A stretch of 62,903 bases of DNA, filler included, from Basidiobolus ranarum (GCA_040143965.1; 56 parts of 56 records of this genome joined end to end with filler, not necessarily neighbours in it), one strand, 5' to 3'; counted from the whole stretch's first letter, positions 1 to 12,339 are shown. The notes: generated by a model not told the origin, from the letters alone. Numbers and translations are program-made.

Positions 1-1032
1 ATTAACATTCTTCTAGCTATCTGGTGGATACTCTGCAATATTGTGCCACTCTGTATTAAGTTCTTCCTAGATATCTGCATGGTCAACACCAGACTGAATG
101 TCAAGTTGAATGTTCTTCTTCTGAAGCCACTTTCTGCTTATTTGCGCTGTGATTTTCCCTTCATACTTTTGAAAATACTCCTCCAGCATTTGACTATTTT
201 TATATGTCCTTGTAGTGTGACACTATTGAGAGTGCTTTGTGGAGTTTGTGGGGCTTTTTGCTTGCCTCTAAATTTGAAGCTAATTTGAACACTAAATAAA
301 GTAGCTGTTGAGGTTGGAAGGCCATGAGTTTAATTTACTGGTGTTTTAGCTTGTTGAGAGATGCCAGGTGTTGGATAAACTTCCAAATTTAGCACTCTTC
401 CAACTGGTGTGCCTGGTTTGATGGTGAAATTAAGCTTTTTTGCCAGTATATCTGACTCTGGAAATGCAGATCTTCATAATGGTGTGAAGAATTTGGTAAG
501 TGGGACATTAGAGCCTGAACTCACTGGCTCTTTTGCTTTTCCCTTGGGTTTACTAACTTCCTGCTCTTTGAGTACTTCTTTAGCTGCTTGTCTTTCTTTT
601 CAAAGTCAAAAATTTTGTTCATTTTTGAGATGTTTCATGAATAGGTCTATACTAGCCCCACAATTGGCCCAAATAAAGGTTATTTCAAGCAAAATTCTGC
701 CCAGTTTCTAAAATGTTAAACCACTCATCGTCAGAGCAAGTGATGGCAGCTCTGATGTTCAGAGTCTTTAGGTTTGCCAGGTTTCCTGTGAGATTTCTAC
801 TTTCATGTGCCCAAGCAATTTTTAGTTGTTTTGTAGGCTTCATGGTCTAACACATATTCTGCTCTGCTAGATTGTCACAGTTACATTTGTATGTATGGTG
901 TAGGTTTGATTGAAATCCCATATGAGAATGGATGGAGGGAGCTCCATGTTGCTCTAGCTCAAGTACAGCATTCTGAAGGTCTTGTATCATTGTTGAGTGA
1001 CTCTCTAACTGTTGACTAGTTGCTTCCAAATA
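1..1032 (-). mobile_element. CACTA/EnSpm-type element, decayed ORF2 fragment
   Basis: Same sequence family as 4529-5559, 39465-40487 and 52929-53830 (ATSQQLESHSTMIQDLQN..., LEVYPTPG...). Contains stops and deletions. Confidence 0.85.
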
Positions 1033-1132
1033 NNNNNNNNNNNNNNNNNNNNNNNNNNNNNNNNNNNNNNNNNNNNTTAATTAATTAANNNNNNNNNNNN
1101 NNNNNNNNNNNNNNNNNNNNNNNNNNNNNNNN
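1033..1132. other. Artificial contig linker N44-TTAATTAATTAA-N44 (first of 55; last at 61786-61885)
   Basis: Identical 100-nt spacer with stops in all six frames recurs about every 1.12 kb. Intervening contig lengths fall monotonically from 1032 to 1018 bp. Confidence 0.99.
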
Positions 1133-1246
1133 ATCTTGAACTTCCAAAGGTGAAAGTCTTCACCATCAAACTTCTCTGTGGATGCAAAAACATTGGTAAT
1201 AGTACTGGTAGACATTCCTTTAACAGCTAGCTTGGGGCTCATAGCC
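1133..1246 (-). mobile_element. Ty1/Copia primer-binding site and gag start (family B)
   Basis: GGCTATGAGCCCCAAGC immediately follows the LTR, then MSTSTITNVFASTEKFDGEDFHLWKFK, a Copia gag N-terminus. Confidence 0.85.
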
Positions 1247-1598
1247 TGATAAAAGTGTTTAGGTGATTTAGGAGTGTTTTGGACAAGATTTGGATTTGTG
1301 AATTAGACACTTGAGTTTTATTGAATTGAATATGTCCTATTGATAGTTTACTATGATATAGGACTAGTGGATGTGCTTAGATCATAACAAACATGCTTGC
1401 TAAGCATGGGTGAAAATTTGAGGTGATTTGGAGAAGTTTTGAGAAAATAGTGAAAATTGGTAAAAATGATCTAATTGATATTTCTATGAATTAGAGCAAT
1501 AAGCACACATTTTTGAATACCCAAATTGAGTGCTAAATAATCAGAATATGAATAAATTAACTACAAAATAATGAGTTGCTATTTACCTAATTTCAACA
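1247..1598 (-). repeat. Complete Copia LTR, family B (~352 bp), inserted into CACTA ORF2
   Basis: Minus strand runs TGTTGAAATT...CTTTTATCA (TG..CA). Related copies at 28881-29246, 42834-42891 and 62627-62903. Confidence 0.85.
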
Positions 1599-2164
1599 AT
1601 TTTAACATTTTGAAAAGTACAAGTTGAGGTTGGAGAGCCGGGAGTTTTATTTGTTAGGGTTTTGGCTTGTTGAGAAATGCCAGGTTTTGGAAAAACTTCC
1701 AAATTTAGTGCTCTTCCAACTGGTCTACCTGGTTCCATGGTGAAATTAAGCTTTTTTGCCAGTATATCTGACTCTGGAAATGCAGAACTTCATAATGGTG
1801 TGAAGGAATTGGTAAGTGGGACAGTTGAGCCTAAACTTGCTGGCTCATTTGCTTTTCCCTTGGGTTTACTAACTTCCTGCTCCTTGAGTACTTCTTTAGC
1901 TGCTTTTCTTTCTTTTCCAAGTTGATAAATGCATACATTTTTGAGATGTTACATGAATAGGCCTATAATAGCCCAACTGCCACTTGCTTGCAAAAACCCC
2001 GGATAAGCAACATAAAATAAGTCAAGAACCTTCCAAGTAATGCCTGGTTTTTAGTTTTTCCACAATTGGCTCAAATCCAGGTGGTTTTGGGCAAGATTCT
2101 GCACAGTTTCCAAAACGTTAAAACACGCTCCATCAGAGCAAGGGACAGCAGCTCTGAGATTCAG
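1599..2164 (-). mobile_element. CACTA ORF2 fragment
   Basis: Homologous to the other ORF2 copies. Confidence 0.85.
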
Positions 2165-2264
2165 NNNNNNNNNNNNNNNNNNNNNNNNNNNNNNNNNNNN
2201 NNNNNNNNTTAATTAATTAANNNNNNNNNNNNNNNNNNNNNNNNNNNNNNNNNNNNNNNNNNNN

Positions 2265-2724
2265 AACATCATATGTGCTATGCCATCCCTTCTTGGCAAT
2301 CTGGTGTCCATTCATCCAGTTACCTTATATGGAAGTCAAGTTCTTTGGAACAGTCCATGAAACCTAACTAATCATGTAATCCAACACATAGTGTATTTCT
2401 GCCAAGACCTTCCATGGAAGGTCACCTGATCATCCTTACATCATCCCTCTTTGTATTGGTCCTGGTAGTCCCCAACACCCCAACTCTCAAACTTGCCCCA
2501 GTACATTCCCTATTCAGTATATTATGTTTCACCTTGCAATATCTATATAAGCCCCATATATTCCTTGATCAGACCTTAGTCTGATCAACACCAGTTATCA
2601 ATAAAGATTCTTGCCAAAGTATCTTCCTTGTCCAGTCTTGTCTTGTGGTCTACACCCAAGTACTCTGCTGCCTTCTAGTCTCTTGTTGTTGTTTCCAGTC
2701 CTTGTCCAGTTCCTTATTGTAACA
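2265..2724 (+). repeat. LTR fragment (probably Gypsy-type) inserted in Copia gag
   Basis: Ends ...TTATTGTAACA. A reverse-complement copy lies at 19611-20238. Confidence 0.65.
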
Positions 2725-3296
2725 ATTAGAAGCTTACAAGAAAAGAAACAAGAAGGCCTTAAATGTCATTTGTCAAAGTTTGAAGGATTCACAACTTGTA
2801 AATATTCAATATGCAAAGACTTCCCATCAAGCTTGGACTATATTGGAAGAGTGTTATGAAGCAAAGAGTCTTGCTAATAGACTTTTTCTCAGACAAAAAT
2901 TCTTCAATCTATAGATGGAAAAGTCTGAAAGCATGGTTACTCATATTGCAAATGTGAGATCTTTGTCAAAACACCTGGAAAATGTTGGTGCAACTTTACA
3001 GGAAGAAGATGTCATTATGACTCTTCTCAGTAGTCTACCAGAACAGTATTCAAACTTGGTCACAGCTTTGGAAGCAAGATCTGACAAGTTCTCTTTGGAG
3101 TTTGTGGTAGCAAGGCTAATGGATCAACATCTCAGAAGTAACAATTTGGAAAAAGAATCTGAGGAAGTGGCTCTTTTTGGAGCTAAAAATGTAGCTTTGG
3201 CAAGTACAAAGGTTACAAAAGAAGGAAACCAGGTTTATGCTATGGTTGTAACAAACCAGGATACCAGATAAAAGATTGCAAATCAAGAAATTACAA
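2725..3296 (+). mobile_element. Ty1/Copia gag fragment (UBN2-type with zinc knuckle), decayed
   Basis: LANRLFLRQKFF...LLSSLPEQYSNLVTALE. Paralogues at 30472-31496 and 41711-42622. Confidence 0.9.
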
Positions 3297-3396
3297 NNNN
3301 NNNNNNNNNNNNNNNNNNNNNNNNNNNNNNNNNNNNNNNNTTAATTAATTAANNNNNNNNNNNNNNNNNNNNNNNNNNNNNNNNNNNNNNNNNNNN

Positions 3397-4427
3397 GGGG
3401 CCTCCGCTGCCAATGTTCCACCTTGGTAGCCACCCCGGGGAGCGGGAGCGGAACCTTTAGGAGGGTGGCCCCCCCAAATTTCATAAAGGAACCAACCAAA
3501 GAAACCTCCAAGTAGACTACCTACAACAGGTAAAATAAGATAAAAAAATGGAATAGCAAATTCAGCTTCAATAACACTTAAATGGTTAGGATGAGTGAAT
3601 AAACTATGACTAAATAAATGAGAACCTAAACCAATAAACATATCTTTAGTTAAGTAACCGATAAGTATACTTGCTAAAGCTAATACGATTAAAGGTAAAC
3701 TCATAACCATACTAGGCTCATGAGCATGAAGGTAATTAGTTTTAGTTCCATTTGGGAAAGTTAAGAATGTAAGCGCAATTAATCTGAAAGAATAAAAAGC
3801 AGTTATAATTGCAGTTAATGTACCTAACCAATAAGCGATACCACCTGTAAATAAATATCGTCCATAAGCTACTTCCAGGATAAAATCTTTTGAATAGAAT
3901 CCAGTTAAGAATGGTAATGCCATTAGACTTAATGAACCAATTAAGATATTAGTGTAAGTAAAAGGTAATAATTGTACTAAACCACCCATTTTTCTCATAT
4001 CTTGCTCATCATTCATGGCATGAATTACTGCACCTGCTGATAAAAATAATAAAGCCTTAAAGTAAGCATGATTTACTAAATGAAATAAACTTGTTGAATA
4101 ATTCGATAAACCTACCGACATTACTAAATAACCTAATTGACTACAAGTTGAGTAAGCAATTACTCTTTTTAGATCATTTTGAAGTAAAGCACTTGAAGCT
4201 CCAAAGAAAGCAGTTAATGCTCCTATCCAAGTTATTACTAATAGAGGAGTAGAACTATATTCTAATAGAGGTGATGCTCTTAATAATAAATATACACCTG
4301 CAGTCACCATTGTTGCTGCATGTATTAATGCTGATACTGGTGTTGGTCCCTCCATCGCATCGGGTAACCAAGTATGAAGAACTAATTGAGCTGATTTAGC
4401 CATTGCAGCTATTAGTAATAATATAGC
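3397..4427 (-). CDS. nad5: NADH dehydrogenase subunit 5, internal fragment (mtDNA contig or recent NUMT)
   Basis: Uninterrupted frame with [60 protein letters not shown] and GFYSKD. AT-rich mitochondrial codon usage. Confidence 0.97.
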
Positions 4428-4528
4428 GNNNNNNNNNNNNNNNNNNNNNNNNNNNNNNNNNNNNNNNNNNNNTTAATTAATTAANNNNNNNNNNNNNNNN
4501 NNNNNNNNNNNNNNNNNNNNNNNNNNNN

Positions 4529-5559
4529 TGTTGAGAGGTGCCAGGTGTTGGATAAACTTCTGAATTTAGCACTCTTCCAACTGGTGTACCTGGTTTCATG
4601 GTGAAATTAAGCTTTTTTGCCAGTATATCCAACTCTGATATTGCAGATCTTTGTAATGGTGTGAATAATTTGGTAAGTGGGACAGTAGAGCCTAAGGTCA
4701 CTGGCTCCTTTGCTTTTCCCTTGGGTTTACTAACTTCCTGCTCCTTCAATACTTCTTTAGCTGCTTTTCTTTCTTTTCTAAGTTAATAATTGCATACATT
4801 TTTGAGATGTTTCATGAATAGGCCTATACTAGCCCAATTGCAATTTGCTTGCAAAAACCCAGGATAGGCCACATGAAATAAGTCAAGAACCTTCAGAGTA
4901 ACGCCTAGTTTTTGGTTTTACCACAATTGACTCAAATCTGGGTGATTTTGGGCAAGATTCTGCACAGTTTCCAAAATGTTAAACCACTCATCATCAGGGC
5001 AAGTGATGGCAGCTCTGACATTCAGAGTCTTTTGGTTTGCCAGTTTTCCTATGAGATTTCTACTATCATATGCCCAAGTAATTTTGGGTCAATATGTAGG
5101 CTTAATGATCCAACACATATTCTGCTCTGCTAGATTGTCATGATGATGTTCATATGTATGGTGTGGGATTGATTGAAATCCCATATGAGAATGGATGGAG
5201 GGAGCAGCATGTTGCTGCAGCTCTAGTAAGGCATTCTGAAGGCCTTGTATCACTGATGAGTGACTCTCTAACCGGTGACTATTTGCTTCTGAACACTGCA
5301 TTAATTGCAATATTGCAGCATTATTACTGTCATGGCCTGTATAGCAAATTTGTATTTTTTACTTAGGATTGCATACAAATCTTTATGGTGTTCTGCCTGC
5401 AATTCCCTTGTTCTAATAATTCTATCCAAAAGTTTTATGGATGGTTGTTCAATAGTGGGCAAAGTAGCCATTTTGGAAGTTGATGGTCTTGACAGTTTTT
5501 TGGTTGAACTTTGCTCAACTATTGATTTACTATGTAATTGGGGGATCACAATCTCTTCA
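4529..5559 (-). mobile_element. CACTA ORF2 fragment
   Basis: Central ORF2 region with frameshifts. Confidence 0.85.
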
Positions 5560-5659
5560 NNNNNNNNNNNNNNNNNNNNNNNNNNNNNNNNNNNNNNNNN
5601 NNNTTAATTAATTAANNNNNNNNNNNNNNNNNNNNNNNNNNNNNNNNNNNNNNNNNNNN

Positions 5660-6690
5660 TGGTATTTGGGTGGGAGCTTAGGAACCATAGGTTTTGCTGG
5701 TTTCAGCTCTTCAGCAATACTGTCAATGGATATTGGCTTCATAGATCTTTTTAGAAGTTGGGCTGATGATGAGTTGAATACTTTGCAGGTTGGCAAAAAT
5801 GGACTAGGAGGTGGAGTTTGCTTGAACATAATAATCTTCTTCTTCCAATTGATTACTGGTTTGTGCTGCATGAGCAATAAGATACCAAGGATGACTGGGT
5901 GGTAAGGTGAAGAAATGATATTAAAGGCTGTTTCTTCTTAATGAGCAGTGGACATGAGTGTCATAAAGGGTGTCTCATGTGTTACAGTACCAGATGATGA
6001 TAGCCTTCCATCAGTTACTGCTACAATGACTGGACTAGATTTCTTGATTGTTGGGATAAAGTGGGATTTTACAAAGGCAGAGTCAATCAAACAGAAGGAA
6101 GAACCTGAATCAAGAAGTGCAGTTGTTTTTATTGACTTGGAATTTGGTAGCAGGAGTGTAATGGGCAGCTTTGATAATTTGTATGAATGCAGAGATTGCA
6201 ATGTATGGTGAAGATACATTTTTGAAGATGGTTTGCCAAACTGCATGCCCATTATTGCAAGAAGGCATAATCTGGTAACATAAGTTGATGCAGGCTTTTA
6301 ACCTTGTTTAAGTGCATGGAGCTTGGAGGCTGAAGTTCTTTATTTATCCGCATTTCCAAATGTGGCTTCCACTTAGGCAAGAATGGCAAGGAAGTTTGAA
6401 AGAAGTGGAGATTGACCTTCCATCAAAGGAGCAAACCAAGATAGAGCTGTTTCTGATAATAGTGTTCCCACTAAGCCTACTTTTGTTTGGTGAGAGGGGT
6501 AGCAATGGGGATGTAACTGGATGATGAGCTTAACTTGGTTAATAAAACCACAATAGTTTTGGCAAGTGCCATCAAACTTATTTGGTAAGGATATTTTGGG
6601 TTCAGGAGTTGGATTTGCAGGATAGTGGGTGAGCTGGATTCTGTACTTGAGCAATAGAAGTACAAAGTTCTTGATTTTCTTACTGAAGCT
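5660..6690 (-). mobile_element. Ty3/Gypsy gag-protease fragment, decayed
   Basis: PEPKISLPNKFDG gag motif, degenerate zinc knuckle, aspartic protease LLDSGS, and ILGI...QHKPVINW. Confidence 0.9.
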
Positions 6691-7439
6691 NNNNNNNNNN
6701 NNNNNNNNNNNNNNNNNNNNNNNNNNNNNNNNNNTTAATTAATTAANNNNNNNNNNNNNNNNNNNNNNNNNNNNNNNNNNNNNNNNNNNNAAACTACACA
6801 ATACTCCACACCTGGCGAAGTGACGGAGTGTGTTACACCTTGCATCAATCAAATACCTATATCAGCTTCATGTTCTGAGAATTGTGGGCAATGAGATCTC
6901 CACTTCTCAAATTGATTGAATAAAAATGGTTTATGAATACGCAAAGCAAGTTTTCGGGTGAAGTTTTCAACAAGGGATACAGTCGAACTTACAACCCTCA
7001 ATATTGGTGCAGTTAAAGAAAAAAAGTTCAAATTCGGCAGCAACATAGAGATAGACTTTTGAATAGATAAGCATATATTTAACAAACGAAGTTGAACAGT
7101 TTGTACTCTGTCAGTAGCATAATACGTAATTTATGGGGATCCATAGCATCGTTCATTCATTGCAATGGAAATGATTCTGCAGCTTAAAGTTACTGCACTT
7201 CAATATACCGTTAATAAAACAAACATTTTTGCATTAGCCAAAGTCTAAGCTAAATCTCATCACCTCTGGTTCAGAAATGCCAGTATCAATATAGCAGTCA
7301 ACTTCAACCAGATGTTATTCAAATGAATAAATCAAGTTGACTTTAATTTCATTATCGTAAAGCAGTAAGTAAGCTATGATACATAATGCAAGCAGGTATA
7401 TATTGAGCCCTATGCTGGTATATTCAAGGTATACTCATC

Positions 7440-7820
7440 ATGTATTCTACTTCCATTGCCTTCCTTCTAGCTTCTGCTTCCCTTCAAACTGTCACCGCCA
7501 CTCCACTTGGCTGCTCTTCTCCATGTACTGGCACTATCGGAAGAGTACACTACCGTTCATTGCCTTGTGAACAACAAGCAACTGACTGCAACCAGAATAT
7601 TCCAATGCAACTGCCCATTAAGACGGCCAGCATACAGGCTCCATTGCTGAGACAAGTATTCACCACTATTACCAAGAAACATGACAGTCTGAACACCGCT
7701 AACGCTAATAGCAGAAAAGGAATCAATGTCAAATATCAAACAGGCCCTAGCTTGGAGGCAGAAGGAAATGCTATCGCATGGCAATATGCTAAAGAAAAAG
7801 GTTCAGAATCTTCCGATGAA
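7440..7820 (+). CDS. Putative secreted protein, 5' part
   Basis: ATG followed by a signal-peptide-like segment MYSTSIAFLLASASLQTVTA, with 4 Cys. TATA-like TATATAT ~40 nt upstream. Non-repetitive, CpG-retaining contig; frame is open to the contig end. Confidence 0.65.
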
Positions 7821-7920
7821 NNNNNNNNNNNNNNNNNNNNNNNNNNNNNNNNNNNNNNNNNNNNTTAATTAATTAANNNNNNNNNNNNNNNNNNNNNNNN
7901 NNNNNNNNNNNNNNNNNNNN

Positions 7921-8235
7921 GCACACATATTCCTGGGACCTTCCCTAACACATTCTACATGTTAGTTTGTTTACATCTTGACAAAACTATAAATGTCAAC
8001 TTTCTACTCAATAAATCAATAAGTGAAAAGCAGCAATTCCTCTAATTCTCCAAACCACTTCCAACAGGCTCATATATATTGTTTAAATCAGCACTGCCCA
8101 AACACCTATATAGCTATATATAGCTTAGTATTTAGTTATCTTTTACTTCATTAAGATATTACCCGTTATTCTCAATTGGAATTTACTTGGAATATTCTTA
8201 CCAACTTAGAAGTTCTCAGATATAGAGATTTTTCA
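7921..8235 (+). repeat. Copia LTR family A fragments (3' part, then a second 5' part)
   Basis: Matches the complete LTR at 11528-11873. Confidence 0.8.
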
Positions 8236-9050
8236 TGTTATTGCAACACTAAACATTTGATACAGAGTAAGTCTTTGAACCCTTTTTCTTTTGCCAGGTG
8301 CCTGAGCTTATCTCGAATTTTTTGCAATCATCCCATTGATTTTATGAAATGTTCAATTGATTTCTTTAATTCCTCTCATTTTAGATGAAACACTGTAGAT
8401 CTAGATTCACCCGTTGCTGTCGAAATCACCATAAGCAAAACATCTCAGTTAAAATTCATAACCTCAACCCTCCGTCGAATATCAATAATCCAGAAACGGA
8501 ATGTGTCAACTTTTGACTACCTGATTGATAATTGTACAACAGCGACAAATTTTAAACTTGGCTACTAATTAGTGATGTTTCTCTTGTTTTCTCCTACTAG
8601 CACATATAGCTCATGACCAATGGCTGAAATATCGCATATCGTTATTTTACCGATAGTGTTCTCTCTAATTCCCAAATAAGGGTTACTGATCATCACGATC
8701 GCATTGACCAATGGCTGAAACCTCGCTCGTGTAGAAACTGACCTGATTGGACGGAATGAAAAGAAGAGAAAGAGGAAATACCTAACCATCTGTTCTAGAA
8801 TTGGGCAGACTAATCCAAATTATATATATATTATATTATATAGTATTCTTTACCTTTCCCAAAGAAGGAATTCCCATTGACCAATGGCTGAAACCTCGCT
8901 TCTGTGGAAGGATTGGACAGAAGCAGGAGTGAAGGTACCTTACCGATCTGNNNNNNNNNNNNNNNNNNNNNNNNNNNNNNNNNNNNNNNNNNNNTTAATT
9001 AATTAANNNNNNNNNNNNNNNNNNNNNNNNNNNNNNNNNNNNNNNNNNNN

Positions 9051-9656
9051 ATAAGTCTTGACAAATGCAAACATTTTGGGCCATTAACAATCCCTTGATG
9101 CCAACATATATGATTTGGCAACCCCAAAGTGTCCTGCTAGTGGTGAGTCATATCTTTCCTGCATGATTTTGAGTCTGGAAGTGTGGTCTGAAATGAAAGT
9201 CATTTCTTATAAAACAAGATATCATTTATGATAGAGAAATGGCAGTACAGGTTCAAGCTTGAGATGTTGTTGGGTGTTTCCTGGGCTTTCTTGATTGATA
9301 TTACCAATGGGTCTTCAGATTGAAGTTTGCAGATGTTTTCATGGAATGTGCTTGAACTAGGCAGAGAAAGGGCAGTTGCACTAATTTGAAGTTGATGGCA
9401 CCTCAGTAAGGAAGTATTTTGTTGGCCAAAGGCCTCATCCCCTTCTTTAGGCTGATATTCTGCTCCATGTGATAAGGCATCAGGCTTTCCTTGCTGGCTA
9501 CCTGGTTAATATGTGATCACAAAATCAAAACTGGCAAGAAATAATGACCAACTTGCTTGACAATGGTTGAGAACTTTGGTTGTACTAAAATACTGAAGAT
9601 TCTTGTGATCACAATAAACTGTGATTTTGTGATTTGCTCCTTCCAAGTATTGCTGC
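9051..9656 (-). mobile_element. Ty3/Gypsy RNase H to integrase zinc-binding fragment
   Basis: [30 protein letters not shown] and GHFGVAK motifs. Overlaps the family at 15827-16478. Confidence 0.9.
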
Positions 9657-10080
9657 TGTAGTAGGGTAGCATTGCTACCCACTAGCAGGTTGACTTATTT
9701 CCACTCCAAGCTCATTTCATTACTATTGCACAATTTTTATTTTATTATACTTATTTAACTTACCCCTATTTTCTAGCCAACCATATCACACTATTAGTAT
9801 TATCCCCAATTACTTCAGATTTATCAGTATAAACCCACATTAGCCCTATTATTTTCTGGAAAATTCTACAATCTTCCGGAACATTCCACAAGACTCTTCG
9901 AATATTCTTCAACCTTCCGGAACATTCCATGGATCACTAATCTCATGATTTATGATGATATCATAACCGCAGATCCCCACCAATAGAATTCTCTAGAACT
10001 TTCTGGAAATTCTCATTAGTAATCATATCTACCTTCAGAAAAGTATAAATAGGAGCCATATCTTTTCAAATAAAAATCAT
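9657..10080 (+). repeat. LTR-like insertion starting TGTAGTAGG
   Basis: Abruptly interrupts Gypsy pol and starts with TG. Contains internal TTCCGGAACATTCC repeats and TATAAAT. Confidence 0.55.
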
Positions 10081-10180
10081 NNNNNNNNNNNNNNNNNNNN
10101 NNNNNNNNNNNNNNNNNNNNNNNNTTAATTAATTAANNNNNNNNNNNNNNNNNNNNNNNNNNNNNNNNNNNNNNNNNNNN

Positions 10181-11110
10181 CATTTATCATAGATCTTGCC
10201 ACTTCTATTATAGTACTGTTAGCTCTTTCAGTAACTCCATTTTGTTGAGATGAATAGGGGGCAGGAGTTTCATGCTTAATTCCATAAACTTTGCAAAAGT
10301 GCTTGAATAGTGTTGAAGCATACACTCCACCATTATCTGTATGTATTTTCCTGATTTTAGTTTCAGTTTCAGTCTCCACCAGTGTTTTCCAGTCTATAAC
10401 ATTAGAGCAAGCTTCTTCTTTTCTTTCCATGAAGTAGACCCAAGTGAATCTTGTATAACCATCAACAAATGTGATTAAATATCTTTTTCCACCTAAAGAT
10501 AGATTTTGCATAGGTTCACACAGATATGATACATTAGATCCAATTATTTGACAGATTTGTTTAAACCAGAGCTCTTGAACAGTTGCCTGGCTTGTTTGTT
10601 GTATATACAGCCCTCACAAACTTCCATTTTGGTTGGGGGGTTAATTTGAGTTCCAGAATTTGACAATTTTTGATCATTGTGCCCAGATAATCAAATCCAA
10701 TATGGCCAAATCTCTCATGCCATAATTGAATAGTTTCTTGATTGGAATAACTTATATTTATACATAATCCTCTTCAATTATATGTGAGTTTTTATGAGTT
10801 TTGATCCTTTTCTCCCAAAGCTAAACAATTCCCATTTTGATCAGTGATGGTGCATCTTGATGTATCAATATTGAATTTTAGCCCTTCTGAGGTGGCCTTG
10901 CTTACAGATATTAAATTCTTGGCAATATCTGGAACATGTAATACATCCTTAAAAGTATATACTTTCTCCTCAGAAACTCCAGTTAAATTGACTTTAATTG
11001 TTCCCATGCTAATAGCATCCAATGTGCAATCATCTCCAATGAAAACCTTTCTCATTGGGATTTCTACACAATCCATAAACCAATGTTTTTCCTTTTTGAA
11101 ATGTTGGGAG
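10181..11110 (-). mobile_element. Ty1/Copia protease, GAG-pre-integrase and integrase fragment
   Basis: VLHVPDIAKNLISVS, LWHERFGH, TFVDGYTR, HTDNGG and QQNGVTERAN. Confidence 0.93.
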
Positions 11111-11310
11111 CTTTCGATCTGCCAGAGTTTTTTAAATACTAAACAAACAAACGTCTTATTATCTGACTGAACTTCATTTAAACAAATGAAAATACAACTT
11201 TTAACAATGGNNNNNNNNNNNNNNNNNNNNNNNNNNNNNNNNNNNNNNNNNNNNTTAATTAATTAANNNNNNNNNNNNNNNNNNNNNNNNNNNNNNNNNN
11301 NNNNNNNNNN

Positions 11311-11527
11311 CTTTGTTCTTTTTAACCTGGAGTAAAACTTTGGTTTCAAATAGTTTTGCACTGTTTTCTTCTCCTACAACAGTGTTCAAAAGTCCTTTCT
11401 CTTGCAGCAGCTTTTTCATTTCAATTTTCCTAACTTGATTATTGGTTCCATCCAATTTTCAGAAGGAAAAGTTCCATAAATTTGAGAAGTAGACATTACA
11501 GAGAGCACAAGCTTGGGGCTCATAACC
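11311..11527 (-). mobile_element. Copia family A primer-binding site and gag start
   Basis: GGTTATGAGCCCCAAGC abuts the LTR, followed by gag N-terminus MSTSQ...LDGTNNQV...LLQEKGLL. Confidence 0.85.
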
Positions 11528-11873
11528 TGTTAAAGTATTTGGGAGCCTGTTGGAAGTGGTTTGGAGTATTAGAGGAATTGGTGGTTTTCACTTATTGATT
11601 TATTGAATAGAAAGTTGAAATTTGTGGTTTTGTCAAGATATAAACAAACTGACGTGTAGATTATGTTATGGAAGGCCCTAAGAACATGTGTGCAAAGTTT
11701 GGGGCTTCTAGCACAAGTTTGAAAACCTATATATCTGAGAACTTCTAAGTTGGTAAAAATATTATAAGTAAATTCCAATTGAGAATAATTGATAATATTG
11801 TAGTAATTATAAGATAACCAAGTAGTAAGCTATACATGACTATATAGGTGCTTAGGCAATGCTAATTTCAACA
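11528..11873 (-). repeat. Complete 5' Copia LTR, family A (~346 bp), inserted into CACTA ORF2
   Basis: TGTTGAAATT...CTTTAACA on the minus strand. Many partial copies elsewhere in the window. Confidence 0.9.
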
Positions 11874-12339
11874 GATATCCTGCAATATTGTGCCACTCTG
11901 TATTAAGTTCTTGCCAGATATCTGCACGGTCAATACCAAACTGAATGTCAAGTTGAATGTTCTTCTTCTGAAGCCACTTTCTGCATACTTGCACTGCATT
12001 TTCCCTTCATACTTTTGAAAATACTCCTCAAGCACTTTGACTATTTCTCTATGTCCTTGTAGTGTGACACTACTGAGGGTGCTTTGTGGTATTTGTTTGG
12101 CTTTTTGCTTGCCTTTACCTTTGGGACTAATTTCAACACTTTGAAAAGTACCAGTAGAGGTTGGAGAGCCATGAGTTTTATTTGCTGATGCTTTGGCTTG
12201 TTGAGAGATGCCAGATGTTGGATAAACTTCCAAATTTAGCACTCTTCAAACTGGTGTACCTGGTTCCATGGTGAAATTAGGCTTTTTGCCAGTATATCTG
12301 ACTCTGGAATTACAGATCTTTGTAATGATGTGAAGAATT
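11874..12339 (-). mobile_element. CACTA ORF2 C-terminal-half fragment
   Basis: LNLEVYPTSG...PKGKGKQKA...VLEEYFQKYEGK. Confidence 0.85.

Noticed and set aside
1645-1660. TTTATTTGTTAGGG as another element terminus
   Set aside because: It aligns without gaps to internal ORF2 sequence (TTTATTTGCTGGTG) in other copies, so it arises from point mutations.
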